Shown: positions 50,558 to 59,578, numbered from the stretch's first letter. The stretch is 64,000 nucleotides of DNA from Gammaproteobacteria bacterium (GCA_045105815.1 JBGCDX010000098.1:5440-69439); one strand, 5' to 3'. Numbers and translations are program-made. The notes: a model not told the origin generated them from the letters alone.

Positions 50558-50596
50558 GCAAAAAAGATGCACTAGTTCTTGATCAAGAACTAGTGC
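50558..50596 (-). terminator. Perfect 28-bp palindrome GCACTAGTTCTTGATCAAGAACTAGTGC acting as an intrinsic terminator for the minus-strand small gene
   Basis: On the minus strand the hairpin is followed by a TTTTTT run (plus-strand AAAAAA at 50560-50565). Lies 30 nt downstream of the stop codon of 50626-50862. Confidence 0.5.
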
Positions 50597-50625
50597 ATAT
50601 TAAATTAATAACTAATGATCTTATA

Positions 50626-50862
50626 CTATTTGTTTGAGGCCGTTTTACCTGTGGGACGCGCATCATTTTGAAGCCACTCGTAATAACCATCCACACCTAA
50701 AGATCTAACTTTTTGAATTCGGAAATTCTGTTCATCTTGACTAATCTGGCCAAGCATATGACTTAACTGTATTTGCTGCTCAACTTGCTCTGCAGTGAGA
50801 TCTGCTGCGTTTAGGCTAAAAGCCGCTAAACCTAAGAGCAGTACTAAAGACCACTGTTTCAT
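50626..50862 (-). CDS. Small secreted protein (hypothetical)
   Basis: 78 aa. Signal peptide MKQWSLVLLLGLAAFSLNA. Confidence 0.45.
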   Translation of the reverse strand: MKQWSLVLLLGLAAFSLNAADLTAEQVEQQIQLSHMLGQISQDEQNFRIQKVRSLGVDGYYEWLQNDARPTGKTASNK

Positions 50863-51150
50863 GTCTAATACTCCGTATATTTTATAGGGGTTTATATTAG
50901 CAAATTAACCTTGATTCTAACAAGTACCACGGGATTGCCGGCCATCAGATTGAGATCGAAGGTAACTTGGAAGCCTAGAAGTGATTGTTCTAATTGAATA
51001 AATTATTAGAACCAAGCTGAATTGCTGTGATACTTTATCACTCTTATCCCAGAATGAATTATGACGGGATAGGTAAAATGATATGACCTTTGAGAACATA
51101 ATTACATTAACAAAAGTTTATTTATCTATAGGAATTTATAGGGGAAGAAA

Positions 51151-51468
51151 ATGTTACTGACAAATTTAGAGCTAGTACCAGGCAAAAAAATTACCCAACA
51201 CTTTGGTTTAGTACAAGGCAACACTATTCGCGCCAAACACCTTGGTAAGGATTTTCTTGCAGGTTTAAAAAATATCTTTGGTGGTGAGTTAGGGGCTTAT
51301 ACCGAACTTCTTGCAGAATCTAGACAAGAAGCAACTGACAGAATGGTACAACAAGCCCAAGCTATGGGTGCCAACGCAATAGTTAATATTCGCTATAGCA
51401 CATCATCTGTCGCTCAAGGTGCAGCAGAGCTATATGCATATGGAACTGCAGTAAAAATTGACCCATAA
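51151..51468 (+). CDS. ybjQ: YbjQ/UPF0145 family protein (putative heavy-metal-binding domain)
   Basis: 105 aa. Matches YbjQ family sequences (from memory) throughout (…GELGAYTELLAESRQEATDRMVQQAQAMGANAIVNIRY…LYAYGTAVKI). Confidence 0.85.
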   Translation: MLLTNLELVPGKKITQHFGLVQGNTIRAKHLGKDFLAGLKNIFGGELGAYTELLAESRQEATDRMVQQAQAMGANAIVNIRYSTSSVAQGAAELYAYGTAVKIDP

Positions 51469-51481
51469 AGGCAAAAGTAAA

Positions 51482-51949
51482 ATGGAAATTTTAATACTGA
51501 TAATTTTATTAGCACTTGGCTATTTTTTTGGGCAACGTGCTGAGAAAAAACACTTTAAATCAATCATAGCAAGAGAGAAAGCATCTCTTAGCTTTCCTAC
51601 AGTAACTATGAAAACTCCACCACCCATTCACAACCATGAGCTAGACTCTAAACTGGTAACCGGAAGCGTAGTGATATCAATAGATTTTTTCAAAAAGTTT
51701 GTAGCTTCGTTAAAAATGTTATTCGGTGGAAGAGTTACCCAATATGAATCTCTTTTAGATCGCGCACGTAGAGAAGCATTACTTCGCATGAAAGAACAAG
51801 CCGCATTAAGCAATGCTTTTGTTGTCATGAACACTCGCGTAGAAACAGCCTCTATTAGTAAAAATAGTAAAAGACGTAATAGTGTTGGCGCCGTTGAGGT
51901 TCTTGCTTACGGAACTGCTATTTCCTTAGGCAAAAAAATAAACAATTAG
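51482..51949 (+). CDS. Membrane-anchored YbjQ-like paralog
   Basis: The ORF-track start at 51458 is a TTG inside ybjQ. The ATG at 51482 gives MEILILIILLALGYFFG (TM helix), followed by a YbjQ-like domain (FGGRVTQYESLLDRARREALLRMKEQAALSNAFVVMNTR...LAYGTAISL). Confidence 0.65.
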   Translation: MEILILIILLALGYFFGQRAEKKHFKSIIAREKASLSFPTVTMKTPPPIHNHELDSKLVTGSVVISIDFFKKFVASLKMLFGGRVTQYESLLDRARREALLRMKEQAALSNAFVVMNTRVETASISKNSKRRNSVGAVEVLAYGTAISLGKKINN

Positions 51950-51951
51950 TT

Positions 51952-52824
51952 ATGAAGTATACTCCCGCACAACCACCAGAAGGCATCAATGTTGCTGTTG
52001 AACATCCATTAAAATCATTTTTCATTTTAACTGCTGGCACGATTGGTATAATTATTATTACTGTTTTAGCTTTGGGATTAGCTGCTGACTATTTAGTTAA
52101 GTATATTCCCGTAGAATATGAACAAAGCTTGTTTAGTGAAGATGGCGTGTATTTAATGCCTTTTGCTACTGATGACAGCGACGAAGGCATTCAAGTCAAA
52201 CAATATGTGCAAAATTTAGTTGATCAATTACATAGTGCTTCTGGAGAATCTTTTTCCGACCATCATTTCCTAGTTGAAATTGCCAACACAAACGATGTAA
52301 ATGCATTTGCAGTTCCTGGTGGACATATCGTAGTTACCAAAGGATTATTTTCATCTATCGAGTCTGAAAATGGTCTCAGCATGATATTAGCTCATGAAAT
52401 GGCTCATCATTATGAACGTCACCCATTACGCAGCACAGGTAGGGGCTTAGTAGTGTCTTTGTTTTTGCTCACCATCTTAGGTGCAGATGGCTCTAGTTTC
52501 TTACAAGGCTTTATCGGCAATACAGCTTCCATTACAAACTTAGCCTTTAGTCGTCAACAAGAAACTGACTCAGATAACTTTGCATCCAAGCTATTAATTA
52601 AGTTTTATGGTCACGCATCTGGAGCCGCTGAGTTTTTTGAGTACATCAACTCAGAAGAAAGCGTAATTGATGATATACCCAGCTTCTTAAGCACGCATCC
52701 TGCTACAGAAAACAGAATTTCTGATCTCGTCGAAATTGAAAAAGATTATTCTGGCGTTAAGAAACCATTACCTGCTTTTTTGAATGACTACATACAGAAT
52801 AACCAAGAGAATGAGCACTTTTAG
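51952..52824 (+). CDS. M48-family zinc metalloprotease with N-terminal TM anchor
   Basis: HEXXH in LAHEMAHHYERH. Downstream third ligand region QETDSD. Begins 2 nt after the previous stop. Confidence 0.85.
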   Translation: MKYTPAQPPEGINVAVEHPLKSFFILTAGTIGIIIITVLALGLAADYLVKYIPVEYEQSLFSEDGVYLMPFATDDSDEGIQVKQYVQNLVDQLHSASGESFSDHHFLVEIANTNDVNAFAVPGGHIVVTKGLFSSIESENGLSMILAHEMAHHYERHPLRSTGRGLVVSLFLLTILGADGSSFLQGFIGNTASITNLAFSRQQETDSDNFASKLLIKFYGHASGAAEFFEYINSEESVIDDIPSFLSTHPATENRISDLVEIEKDYSGVKKPLPAFLNDYIQNNQENEHF

Positions 52825-53070
52825 ATAACATGGTTAACCGATTAAAACCTATTCTAATAAAACACTACAATAATTAAGTTAATTTTACACAAAACTACCT
52901 ATGAGCAATACCATTCATCAGTAAATTTATCATTCTGACTTACTCAATAAATTGCATGCTTAAGCTATCACCTATACTCAAATGTGGTAAATGACGTGTT
53001 ATTTGAATCCAACCTCATTTATTAAAGAGAATTTATATTAGCCTATACTTTTCAATTTTTGGGCTCACAA

Positions 53071-53544
53071 ATGAACAAAAAGCATTGCTCTGAATATATT
53101 CTTATAGCTATTGCAACTTTAGTTTGCACTAACTGTAATTATATTCAACATTACCAAACGCAAGAGCAATACTCAAAAATTCAAGAGAATATATCTTTGT
53201 CTACTTTAGATAAAGTTAATGAATATACTAGCCGCACCCCTTTTCATAAAACCTACGAATTTGAATTTAATAATTCAAATAATAATCCCTATGCGCTCAT
53301 TTTTTATCTTAACGAAAGCAGTTTTTCTAAAAGTATTATTAAACACCGCAAGGAAAATGATTTGCATCGTGAAGCCATCCGGATTGACGAAAGCAAGTTC
53401 ATTCTAAGAGACTTAGAAAATAATTTGCCCAAGGCTAGTGTCATCGCTTGGAGACAAGTAGCCAACCATATCGCAGCGGATGAAGCACGTGATGGCTATC
53501 ATGTAATGCAGGAATATATTCGACTTAAAATTCGAGACCTTTAG
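53071..53544 (+). CDS. Hypothetical lipoprotein
   Basis: The ORF-track start is a TTG. The ATG at 53071 gives MNKKHCSEYILIAIATLVCTNC with a lipobox-like motif. No recognisable domain. Confidence 0.45.
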   Translation: MNKKHCSEYILIAIATLVCTNCNYIQHYQTQEQYSKIQENISLSTLDKVNEYTSRTPFHKTYEFEFNNSNNNPYALIFYLNESSFSKSIIKHRKENDLHREAIRIDESKFILRDLENNLPKASVIAWRQVANHIAADEARDGYHVMQEYIRLKIRDL

Positions 53545-53655
53545 CCTCAAACATTTCATATCAACGCTCACCTCACCCCACCTTTTTACATAAACATATC
53601 CCACTTTTAAAAGGCACTAAAAGGAACTAATTTTGATCTTCAAGCTCAAAATGAA

Positions 53656-53967
53656 ATGAGAACGTTGATCATCCATCTGATAACCATAGTATTTATATGC
53701 CTTTTTTCTCTACAAGCGTTCGCAGGCAAAAAAGATCGTTATGCATATGAAAACTGTCTACTGGAACATCTAGACCATGCAAAATTAGATGTTGCGAGTC
53801 GCTATATTGCAGAAGCATGCGAAGAAAACTATGGCAGCGGGCCCTCTAAAGCAATATTCAGTGATGAACGCAAATACAATGAGTGCTTATTAGATCATAT
53901 GGTAGGTGTGGAAAGTGTCGATGCAGTCATAAGGATACGAAGAGCTTGTGAGCGGAAGTTTCGTTGA
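53656..53967 (+). CDS. Small secreted Cys-containing protein (hypothetical)
   Basis: 103 aa. Signal peptide. Duplicated YxxCLLxH...ACE-type half-repeats. Confidence 0.45.
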   Translation: MRTLIIHLITIVFICLFSLQAFAGKKDRYAYENCLLEHLDHAKLDVASRYIAEACEENYGSGPSKAIFSDERKYNECLLDHMVGVESVDAVIRIRRACERKFR

Positions 53968-54270
53968 ATATTCTGCAACAGACAAACGGTATATTTTAAT
54001 CAATTAAGTTTTAATACTTATATTGCAATAAGGAATTTAAAGAGTATAGTTCGCGACCGATGAAATATTTAATACAACAATTAATTAATAATAGCGGCTA
54101 CACAACAGCAATGTTTAGGCCTGTAAATTATATGCCAGCAAATACTGAATATTGTATGGCTATGAAAAGTATACGTATGAAAACTGAAATGATAATTAAA
54201 AAAGTTAAACATATTACCTAGCAAACCTTCTACATCAAATGGAAGGCCTAGCTCACCTTCCGGAAACAAC

Positions 54271-54308
54271 TAAAAACCCCGGTTGCGTGAGCATCGGGGT
54301 TTTTTATT
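54271..54308 (+). terminator. Rho-independent terminator (ACCCCGGTTGC-gtga-GCATCGGGGT then TTTTTTATT)
   Basis: GC-rich interrupted stem with a GNRA-like tetraloop, followed by a U-tract. Lies after a 300-nt stretch with no annotated ORF. Confidence 0.6.
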
Positions 54309-54389
54309 GCCTATGAATTAATAAATTATGTATTTAGCAGCAACCCAACTAGAGAACTATTATCAACAAACCTAACAAGGAGACATATT

Positions 54390-54617
54390 ATGAATATAGA
54401 AAAAGTTTTACAAAACAACGAAAGCGTAAGCTTTATGTTTTTTCTTTCAGGAAAACTATGGTATCGCACCGAAAGTGGCTTTAAGTTCCCTGTACCAATT
54501 AAAGGCTCAGGACAGTCCGTTTTCCTAAACGAAGATCGTGCAAATCGCTTTTATCCTTACATCAAAGCACATGCTAAAAAATTGGAAGAAAAATTAGATA
54601 ATGCTAAAGCCGCATAA
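54390..54617 (+). CDS. Small hypothetical protein (75 aa)
   Basis: RBS AAGGAGA 8 nt upstream. No recognisable family. Confidence 0.45.
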   Translation: MNIEKVLQNNESVSFMFFLSGKLWYRTESGFKFPVPIKGSGQSVFLNEDRANRFYPYIKAHAKKLEEKLDNAKAA

Positions 54618-54650
54618 TTTTAATTCATCGTGCAAAAAAAGGAGACATTG

Positions 54651-54863
54651 ATGACAAACAAAAATAAATTTCCGAAAGCGAAGATAACAAAGTTATCTCG
54701 GCGCAACCTTATGCATGACCATCCTTTATTAAGTAAAGGTGGTCTTCATCAAGAAACGCATAAATCCAAACGGTTTTTAAATAAAATTAAAATAAAAAAA
54801 GAGTGGCTTCCGCAAAGTATATTTTCTAAATTATATTTTGCGGAAGCTATTCTTATTGTTTAG
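54651..54863 (+). CDS. ArfA-like alternative ribosome-rescue factor candidate (small basic protein with a hairpin inside its ORF)
   Basis: Start at the ATG after RBS AGGAGA (54641-54646). NLMHDHPLLSKGG...KSKRF resembles E. coli Arf[22 protein letters not shown]. A 15-bp stem hairpin begins at codon 52, as in arfA. Confidence 0.45.
   Translation: MTNKNKFPKAKITKLSRRNLMHDHPLLSKGGLHQETHKSKRFLNKIKIKKEWLPQSIFSKLYFAEAILIV
54807..54846 (+). promoter_or_regulatory. Long hairpin inside the arfA-like ORF (CTTCCGCAAAgTATAT...ATATtTTGCGGAAG), a candidate RNase III / truncation site
   Basis: A 10-bp perfect stem extends to about 15 bp with one mismatch. Lies in the 3' third of the ORF. Confidence 0.45.
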
Positions 54864-55060
54864 CATTAATAAATCAGGAATTCATTTATCCTTGCCTTAT
54901 AATATGAGTATTACAGTATTTTACTATTGCAAATATGAAATTGATGCGTTAGCCTGAAAATGACTTAGTGAGTACATCTCTATAGAATTAATTAAACTTA
55001 TATCTATAAAAACACCTGTACTACAGAACAATCTTATAAAAAAGATAATGGGAAGTTCAG

Positions 55061-55801
55061 ATGAGTAAACCCTTAATCATATTGTTAGGTATAATACTGA
55101 TAGCTATTCTCGGCTATTTTTGCATCTATAAACACAGTCCTGAAATTCAAAGTGACATTGATACAAGAACTAATGCAGCTCTTGCTGAACAAGGATTAGA
55201 ATATATTGAAGTTGACACAGATGGCCGTGATATTGTGCTGACTGGTGAGGTACTAAACGAGACAATCAGACAGCAAGCAGATGAACACGCAAAAAATGTC
55301 CCTGGTGTGCGCATCGTTGATAATCAATTAACTATTACTGCTGCTGCACCAGCACCAGAAATTATCATAGAAAAGGAATCTGAAGTTGAGGAAGCAATAG
55401 AAGCACCTAAACTTGAAGCTTTACCAGAATATACTTGTCAACAAGAATTCAACACATTACTTGATGCGAGTAAAATTAACTTTTCAACCAATAGCGCAGA
55501 AATTGATATATCAAGTACTAACTTATTAATTAATTTAATCGATGTTGCTAATCAATGTCCTGAAACAAATATTGAAATTTCTGGCCATACCGATTCCCGT
55601 GGTAGTGACGATTACAACCTACGCTTGAGCCAGTCACGGGCTACGTCCGTTATGAAATATTTAATTAACAACGGCATTGACTCTAATCGATTAAGAGCTG
55701 TAGGTTATGGTGAAACCAACCCTATTGCTGATAACGAAAGTGATGAAGGTTTAGCAAAAAATAGAAGAATAGAATTTAACGTAGAGGGGCTTTCACAATG
55801 A
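55061..55801 (+). CDS. BON-domain plus OmpA-like peptidoglycan-binding protein with N-terminal TM anchor
   Basis: TM helix LIILLGIILIAILGYFCIY. BON-like stretch ...DIVLTGEVLNETIRQQADEHAKNVPGVRIVDNQL. OmpA_C motif GHTDSRGSDDYNLRLSQSRATSV...NRRIEF. Confidence 0.85.
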   Translation: MSKPLIILLGIILIAILGYFCIYKHSPEIQSDIDTRTNAALAEQGLEYIEVDTDGRDIVLTGEVLNETIRQQADEHAKNVPGVRIVDNQLTITAAAPAPEIIIEKESEVEEAIEAPKLEALPEYTCQQEFNTLLDASKINFSTNSAEIDISSTNLLINLIDVANQCPETNIEISGHTDSRGSDDYNLRLSQSRATSVMKYLINNGIDSNRLRAVGYGETNPIADNESDEGLAKNRRIEFNVEGLSQ

Positions 55802-56460
55802 GCTATTTAATTACCCAACTTTGGATCTGCTTACTAATTGCTGCTGCAATCGGTGCAATTATTGGATACTGGTTAGCTAAGTCATCATGTCGCAGCAAAC
55901 TTGATGATTTAGATGCTAGCTGGCGACACAAGCTAGAAGATAACAGCAATGAGCACTCACGAAAATTAGCAGAACTCAGTACATCTGCCGTTACACCAGC
56001 CGCTGTAGCAGCGGTGTCTACTCCACCTGTGGCAGCCATAACGGAGCAGTCGAGTTATGAAGTGGAAGATATAGAAGGGATTGGTAAAAGTTATGGAAAA
56101 AAACTTCGCGATATGGGTATTTCTACAACTGAACAATTACTCAATACATGTTTCAACCTAGATGGACGCATAACCGTAGCCGAGCAAATAGGTATTGAAG
56201 ACTTTGTAGTACGCAAGTGGGCTAGCATGGCTGACTTGATGAGGATAAATGATATCGAAGGTCAATACTCTGAGCTAATGGTCTACGCTGGAGTTGATTC
56301 AGTGCAAGAACTTGGTCAGGAAAATGCTAGCGCACTTCATAGTAAATTATCTACTGCTAATGCTGAACAAAACCGCGTCAAGGTTATCCCTGACGAAACT
56401 ACTCTTGCGCAAATGATCAACCACGCTAAGAGTCTTAGAGAGGTAATACAAGATACTTAA
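55798..56460 (+). CDS. DUF4332/H3TH-like domain protein with N-terminal TM anchor, translationally coupled (ATGA) to the OmpA-like gene
   Basis: TM helix. The C-terminal domain EDIEGIGKSYGKKLRDMGISTTEQLL... and a second HhH-like repeat match the modules in the 27563 protein. Confidence 0.6.
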   Translation: MSYLITQLWICLLIAAAIGAIIGYWLAKSSCRSKLDDLDASWRHKLEDNSNEHSRKLAELSTSAVTPAAVAAVSTPPVAAITEQSSYEVEDIEGIGKSYGKKLRDMGISTTEQLLNTCFNLDGRITVAEQIGIEDFVVRKWASMADLMRINDIEGQYSELMVYAGVDSVQELGQENASALHSKLSTANAEQNRVKVIPDETTLAQMINHAKSLREVIQDT

Positions 56461-56522
56461 GATATTAATAGATTGCAGAAATCATCAAGCAGTATTCAGA
56501 AACAGTTAGGGTCAGACTATCT

Positions 56523-57149
56523 CTATAGCTCGCCCCAACTCTTACGTCTCCGCCATGGCACACGAGTAAGCACTAAACCCAACACCAAGCTGCCGATAGC
56601 TGTTATAGCTCCAGTGATAAACCATTGGCGATCTTTATAGATGGATTTAAACTCACTATTCTCTTGTTTGATATTAACTACCTGTGCCCGTTCTTCTTCT
56701 AGAATCTTTTTAAGCTTCTGATTTTCTTGTTGCAACTCCAAAGGCCGCTTAGCAGCACTCTTTACCTGGGAAAGCTCAGTGGATAGCTTAGCCGTGCGCA
56801 CTTTAACTTGGGCATCAAAATTTTCTTTAAGTAAATTGTATTCTTTCTTTAAAACCTCGAGCTGTTGTCGACCTGCAGGTTCTGAAATAAGATAACTTTC
56901 TAGCATCCATCCTACCTTTTTGTCCTGAGTTGAAACCTTTACGTAACCCTCATCTCGATTAGTTTGTAACACCACTACTGGAGTACCACTTTTTATCTGA
57001 GCTATTATTTCACTACTTAGACTCATACTGCGATGCAAAGTGATTTCTAATTCATCAGTAACATAACGTTCATTTGTTTCAGACAAGGCTACGCTACTTA
57101 TAAAAAACAGCATAAACACAATCATTACTTTATTTATGTTAGAGAACAT
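56523..57149 (-). CDS. SH3-domain protein with coiled coil and C-terminal TM anchor (TIGR04211/YgiM-like)
   Basis: Signal peptide. SH3-like region ...GTPVVVLQTNRDEGYVKVSTQDKKVGWMLESYL. Coiled coil. C-terminal TM FITGAITAIGSLVLGLVL. Confidence 0.75.
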   Translation of the reverse strand: MFSNINKVMIVFMLFFISSVALSETNERYVTDELEITLHRSMSLSSEIIAQIKSGTPVVVLQTNRDEGYVKVSTQDKKVGWMLESYLISEPAGRQQLEVLKKEYNLLKENFDAQVKVRTAKLSTELSQVKSAAKRPLELQQENQKLKKILEEERAQVVNIKQENSEFKSIYKDRQWFITGAITAIGSLVLGLVLTRVPWRRRKSWGEL

Positions 57150-57186
57150 TTAATATAAATTTAAATCGAATCAATATATTTTTAGT

Positions 57187-58236
57187 TTAGGACTTATCAG
57201 CCAACGCACTTACCGGCACACGCTTCACTTGATAACCATCTTTTTCCATCAAAGCAAGTACACCCTGGTCACCATACAAGTGCAAAGCACCCACTGCAAT
57301 AAAGGTTTTTTTCTCGCGCATAGGTTTACGCATATAATGCTCCATGACAACATTTCTATTCTTAACTACATGCTGAAGATAAGTCTCTCGATAGCGCTCA
57401 TATTCAGGCTTATTAGGAATAAAACTAGTACTGATCTCATACATTTTTGTTAAATCTTCTTCTAAATAGGCTTTCAACATCTTATCAATTGTATTGCGCA
57501 TTTCTGTATAACTATTGACTGTAAATTCTAGTAATTTAATTTGCACATCTTCCGGCATTGCATAAAAAGTTACCAAAAATTCTTCAATACTCTCTACTTG
57601 ATAAAGATCTTTTCTTTGTGCTGCTGCACGATCGAGCAATTCATAATCTAAAATTAAGTCCTCTGTGTTTTCAGCCTTAACGGCAAAACTGCGCATCGCA
57701 GCCCATGGTTTGAGATGCATGATGGTTTCCTTATTTAAACCAACCTCCAACAGCACAGTCTCTACTCTTGCATATAATTCTTTTCCAACTAACATTTCTA
57801 GAGTTTGCCCTCTAGGTAAAGTCATATCACCTTTAATCATCTGCCCACCATTGTATGGGTTCCAATAATGATCACTAGGAAATGACTCCATTGCAAAACT
57901 TGTCATATCATCAAATTTGCCGATAATATTTTCGCGCACTTCATTAACGCGTTTATCATTCATATGAATGGTGCCAAAAATATAACCAACAAATTCTTTA
58001 TCTTTTTCAATCTGCCATAAAACACCTTTGGTAAATCGACCAGACTCCTTTATAGGCTTTTGTAACTCTTTCTCCATCTTTAGCAATTCTTCGTCACTGA
58101 GTTCACCAATTTCTTCAACAATTGGTTTATGTACTTTTAGCGAAGAGGCATTACTCATTTGCATACCAAGCAGCAATGTTAAAGATGTAGCCAAACTGAA
58201 AATTATGAATATTTTCCATGAATTTAATTGATACAT
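57187..58236 (-). CDS. TraB/GumN family protein (periplasmic)
   Basis: Signal peptide. The GTIHMND and VGALHLYGDQGVLALMEKDGYQV motifs are typical of the GumN/TraB family. Confidence 0.75.
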   Translation of the reverse strand: MYQLNSWKIFIIFSLATSLTLLLGMQMSNASSLKVHKPIVEEIGELSDEELLKMEKELQKPIKESGRFTKGVLWQIEKDKEFVGYIFGTIHMNDKRVNEVRENIIGKFDDMTSFAMESFPSDHYWNPYNGGQMIKGDMTLPRGQTLEMLVGKELYARVETVLLEVGLNKETIMHLKPWAAMRSFAVKAENTEDLILDYELLDRAAAQRKDLYQVESIEEFLVTFYAMPEDVQIKLLEFTVNSYTEMRNTIDKMLKAYLEEDLTKMYEISTSFIPNKPEYERYRETYLQHVVKNRNVVMEHYMRKPMREKKTFIAVGALHLYGDQGVLALMEKDGYQVKRVPVSALADKS

Positions 58237-58391
58237 AGCTTATAACTCCGACAAATTAAAAATGAAAATCTTTAAAATTGAAATGTAATAGTTTGATTAC
58301 AGTTTTCATAACTACTATAGACAAAAAAAGCCGCTAGCGGATTCCCAGTAGCAGCTTTTTTAGATAATAAACCAATTTTAATACTAATTAG

Positions 58392-59519
58392 TTAAGAATA
58401 TTTCCTAAGTGTTTTTGGCACCTTACTGTAATCTACAGATATGGCCTCATGCGGGCACGCTTCCACACAAGCAAAACAACGAATACATTCATTCTCATCA
58501 ATAAATAGAGAGTTATAATATAAGCCAGAAGTTTTTGCTGGTTGTACGCGCTCGAAACTAGAAATTTTGCCATCGCCATCTGTTTTGAAATTTGTAGCTT
58601 CCACCAAACAATTTGGGGTTGGTTTCACCATCAAGCATTCATCACATAGTACACACTTCGTATTATCAACTACTGGTGCTGGTGAACGGGCATCTTCAAA
58701 TTTATCAAAGTAGATGTCGCTATCCGCTAAACCCGCTTCAATCAATGCCTCTACACCCAAATCGATCATGATAGGTGGTCCACAAAAGAATGCTTTCATA
58801 TCATCAACAGACACTACATCTTTACTTAGATATTCATTCTTGAAGTGTTCCGTTACAAATCCACGCGCACCATCCCAATCACTGTCTTCTGCCTCTTCTG
58901 ATAACACAGGGATAAATTTAAATGAATTTTTCTTATTCCATTTACGCTCTATTTCTTTCATTTCTTCATGCAAGTATAAATCTGCTTGCGTTCTTGCTCC
59001 ATAAAAAAAGTAGCAATCTCTTTCAAGTTGCGCATTACATGCCTGCTCAACGATTGCATTAATCGCACTCATGCCACTACCGCCAGCAATACAGATCATA
59101 GTTTTGTTACTAGCATCTATTCCGAATTTGCCAAGTGGACCAGAGATCTTTACATGCTCACCTTCACGATTATCACCCGCAATCCAGCTTGAAAGTTTAC
59201 CGCCATGAACAAGTCGAATAAAAAATGAATATTCATTCTTATTTTCATTCTCAGGTGCACGCGCAAAAGAATAAGAACGTGGCTTTCTGCATCCGGGCAC
59301 AGTGATCGTTGCATACTGACCGGCTTTAAAGACAATTTGCTTAGCGTCTTCATTGCATCGAATGACTACTTTATAGGTATCATAGGTCAAGTTTTCTACG
59401 CTACTAATAACGCCTTGATTAACCGTAACTCGCTTAGTCTGAATATCACGATTTGGCTCAGGTAGCTTCCTCATGTAGTTATCTAACGGATCGTGAAAGT
59501 TATTTAGTGCCGTTGCCAT
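58392..59519 (-). CDS. FNR-like FAD/NAD(P)H oxidoreductase fused to a C-terminal 2x[4Fe-4S] ferredoxin domain
   Basis: RSYSFA FAD motif. GGSGMS NAD motif. CVLCDEC and CIRCFACVEACP cluster motifs. Lies 59 nt downstream of the Mo-enzyme gene on the same strand. Confidence 0.8.
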   Translation of the reverse strand: MATALNNFHDPLDNYMRKLPEPNRDIQTKRVTVNQGVISSVENLTYDTYKVVIRCNEDAKQIVFKAGQYATITVPGCRKPRSYSFARAPENENKNEYSFFIRLVHGGKLSSWIAGDNREGEHVKISGPLGKFGIDASNKTMICIAGGSGMSAINAIVEQACNAQLERDCYFFYGARTQADLYLHEEMKEIERKWNKKNSFKFIPVLSEEAEDSDWDGARGFVTEHFKNEYLSKDVVSVDDMKAFFCGPPIMIDLGVEALIEAGLADSDIYFDKFEDARSPAPVVDNTKCVLCDECLMVKPTPNCLVEATNFKTDGDGKISSFERVQPAKTSGLYYNSLFIDENECIRCFACVEACPHEAISVDYSKVPKTLRKYS

Positions 59520-59578
59520 TATTTCATTTACTCCTCATTAACTCTTATTATTCTTTATTCCCTTAATGTTTCAGCAAC

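Noticed and set aside
50878-51150. TTTATAGGGG occurring twice (50878 and 51131), flanking the divergent intergenic region upstream of ybjQ
   Set aside because: The second copy simply supplies the ybjQ RBS (AGGGGAAG). The first is on the opposite strand relative to its neighbouring gene. Two copies of an 8-10-mer in AT-rich DNA are not enough to call a regulatory repeat.
58323-58356. Possible terminator after the Fe-S flavoprotein gene (A-run, CCGCTAGCGG, ..., GCAGCTTTTTT)
   Set aside because: The self-complementary core gives only a 3-4-bp stem with a 2-nt loop, and the downstream T-run is not preceded by a convincing hairpin. This is too weak to list as a feature.
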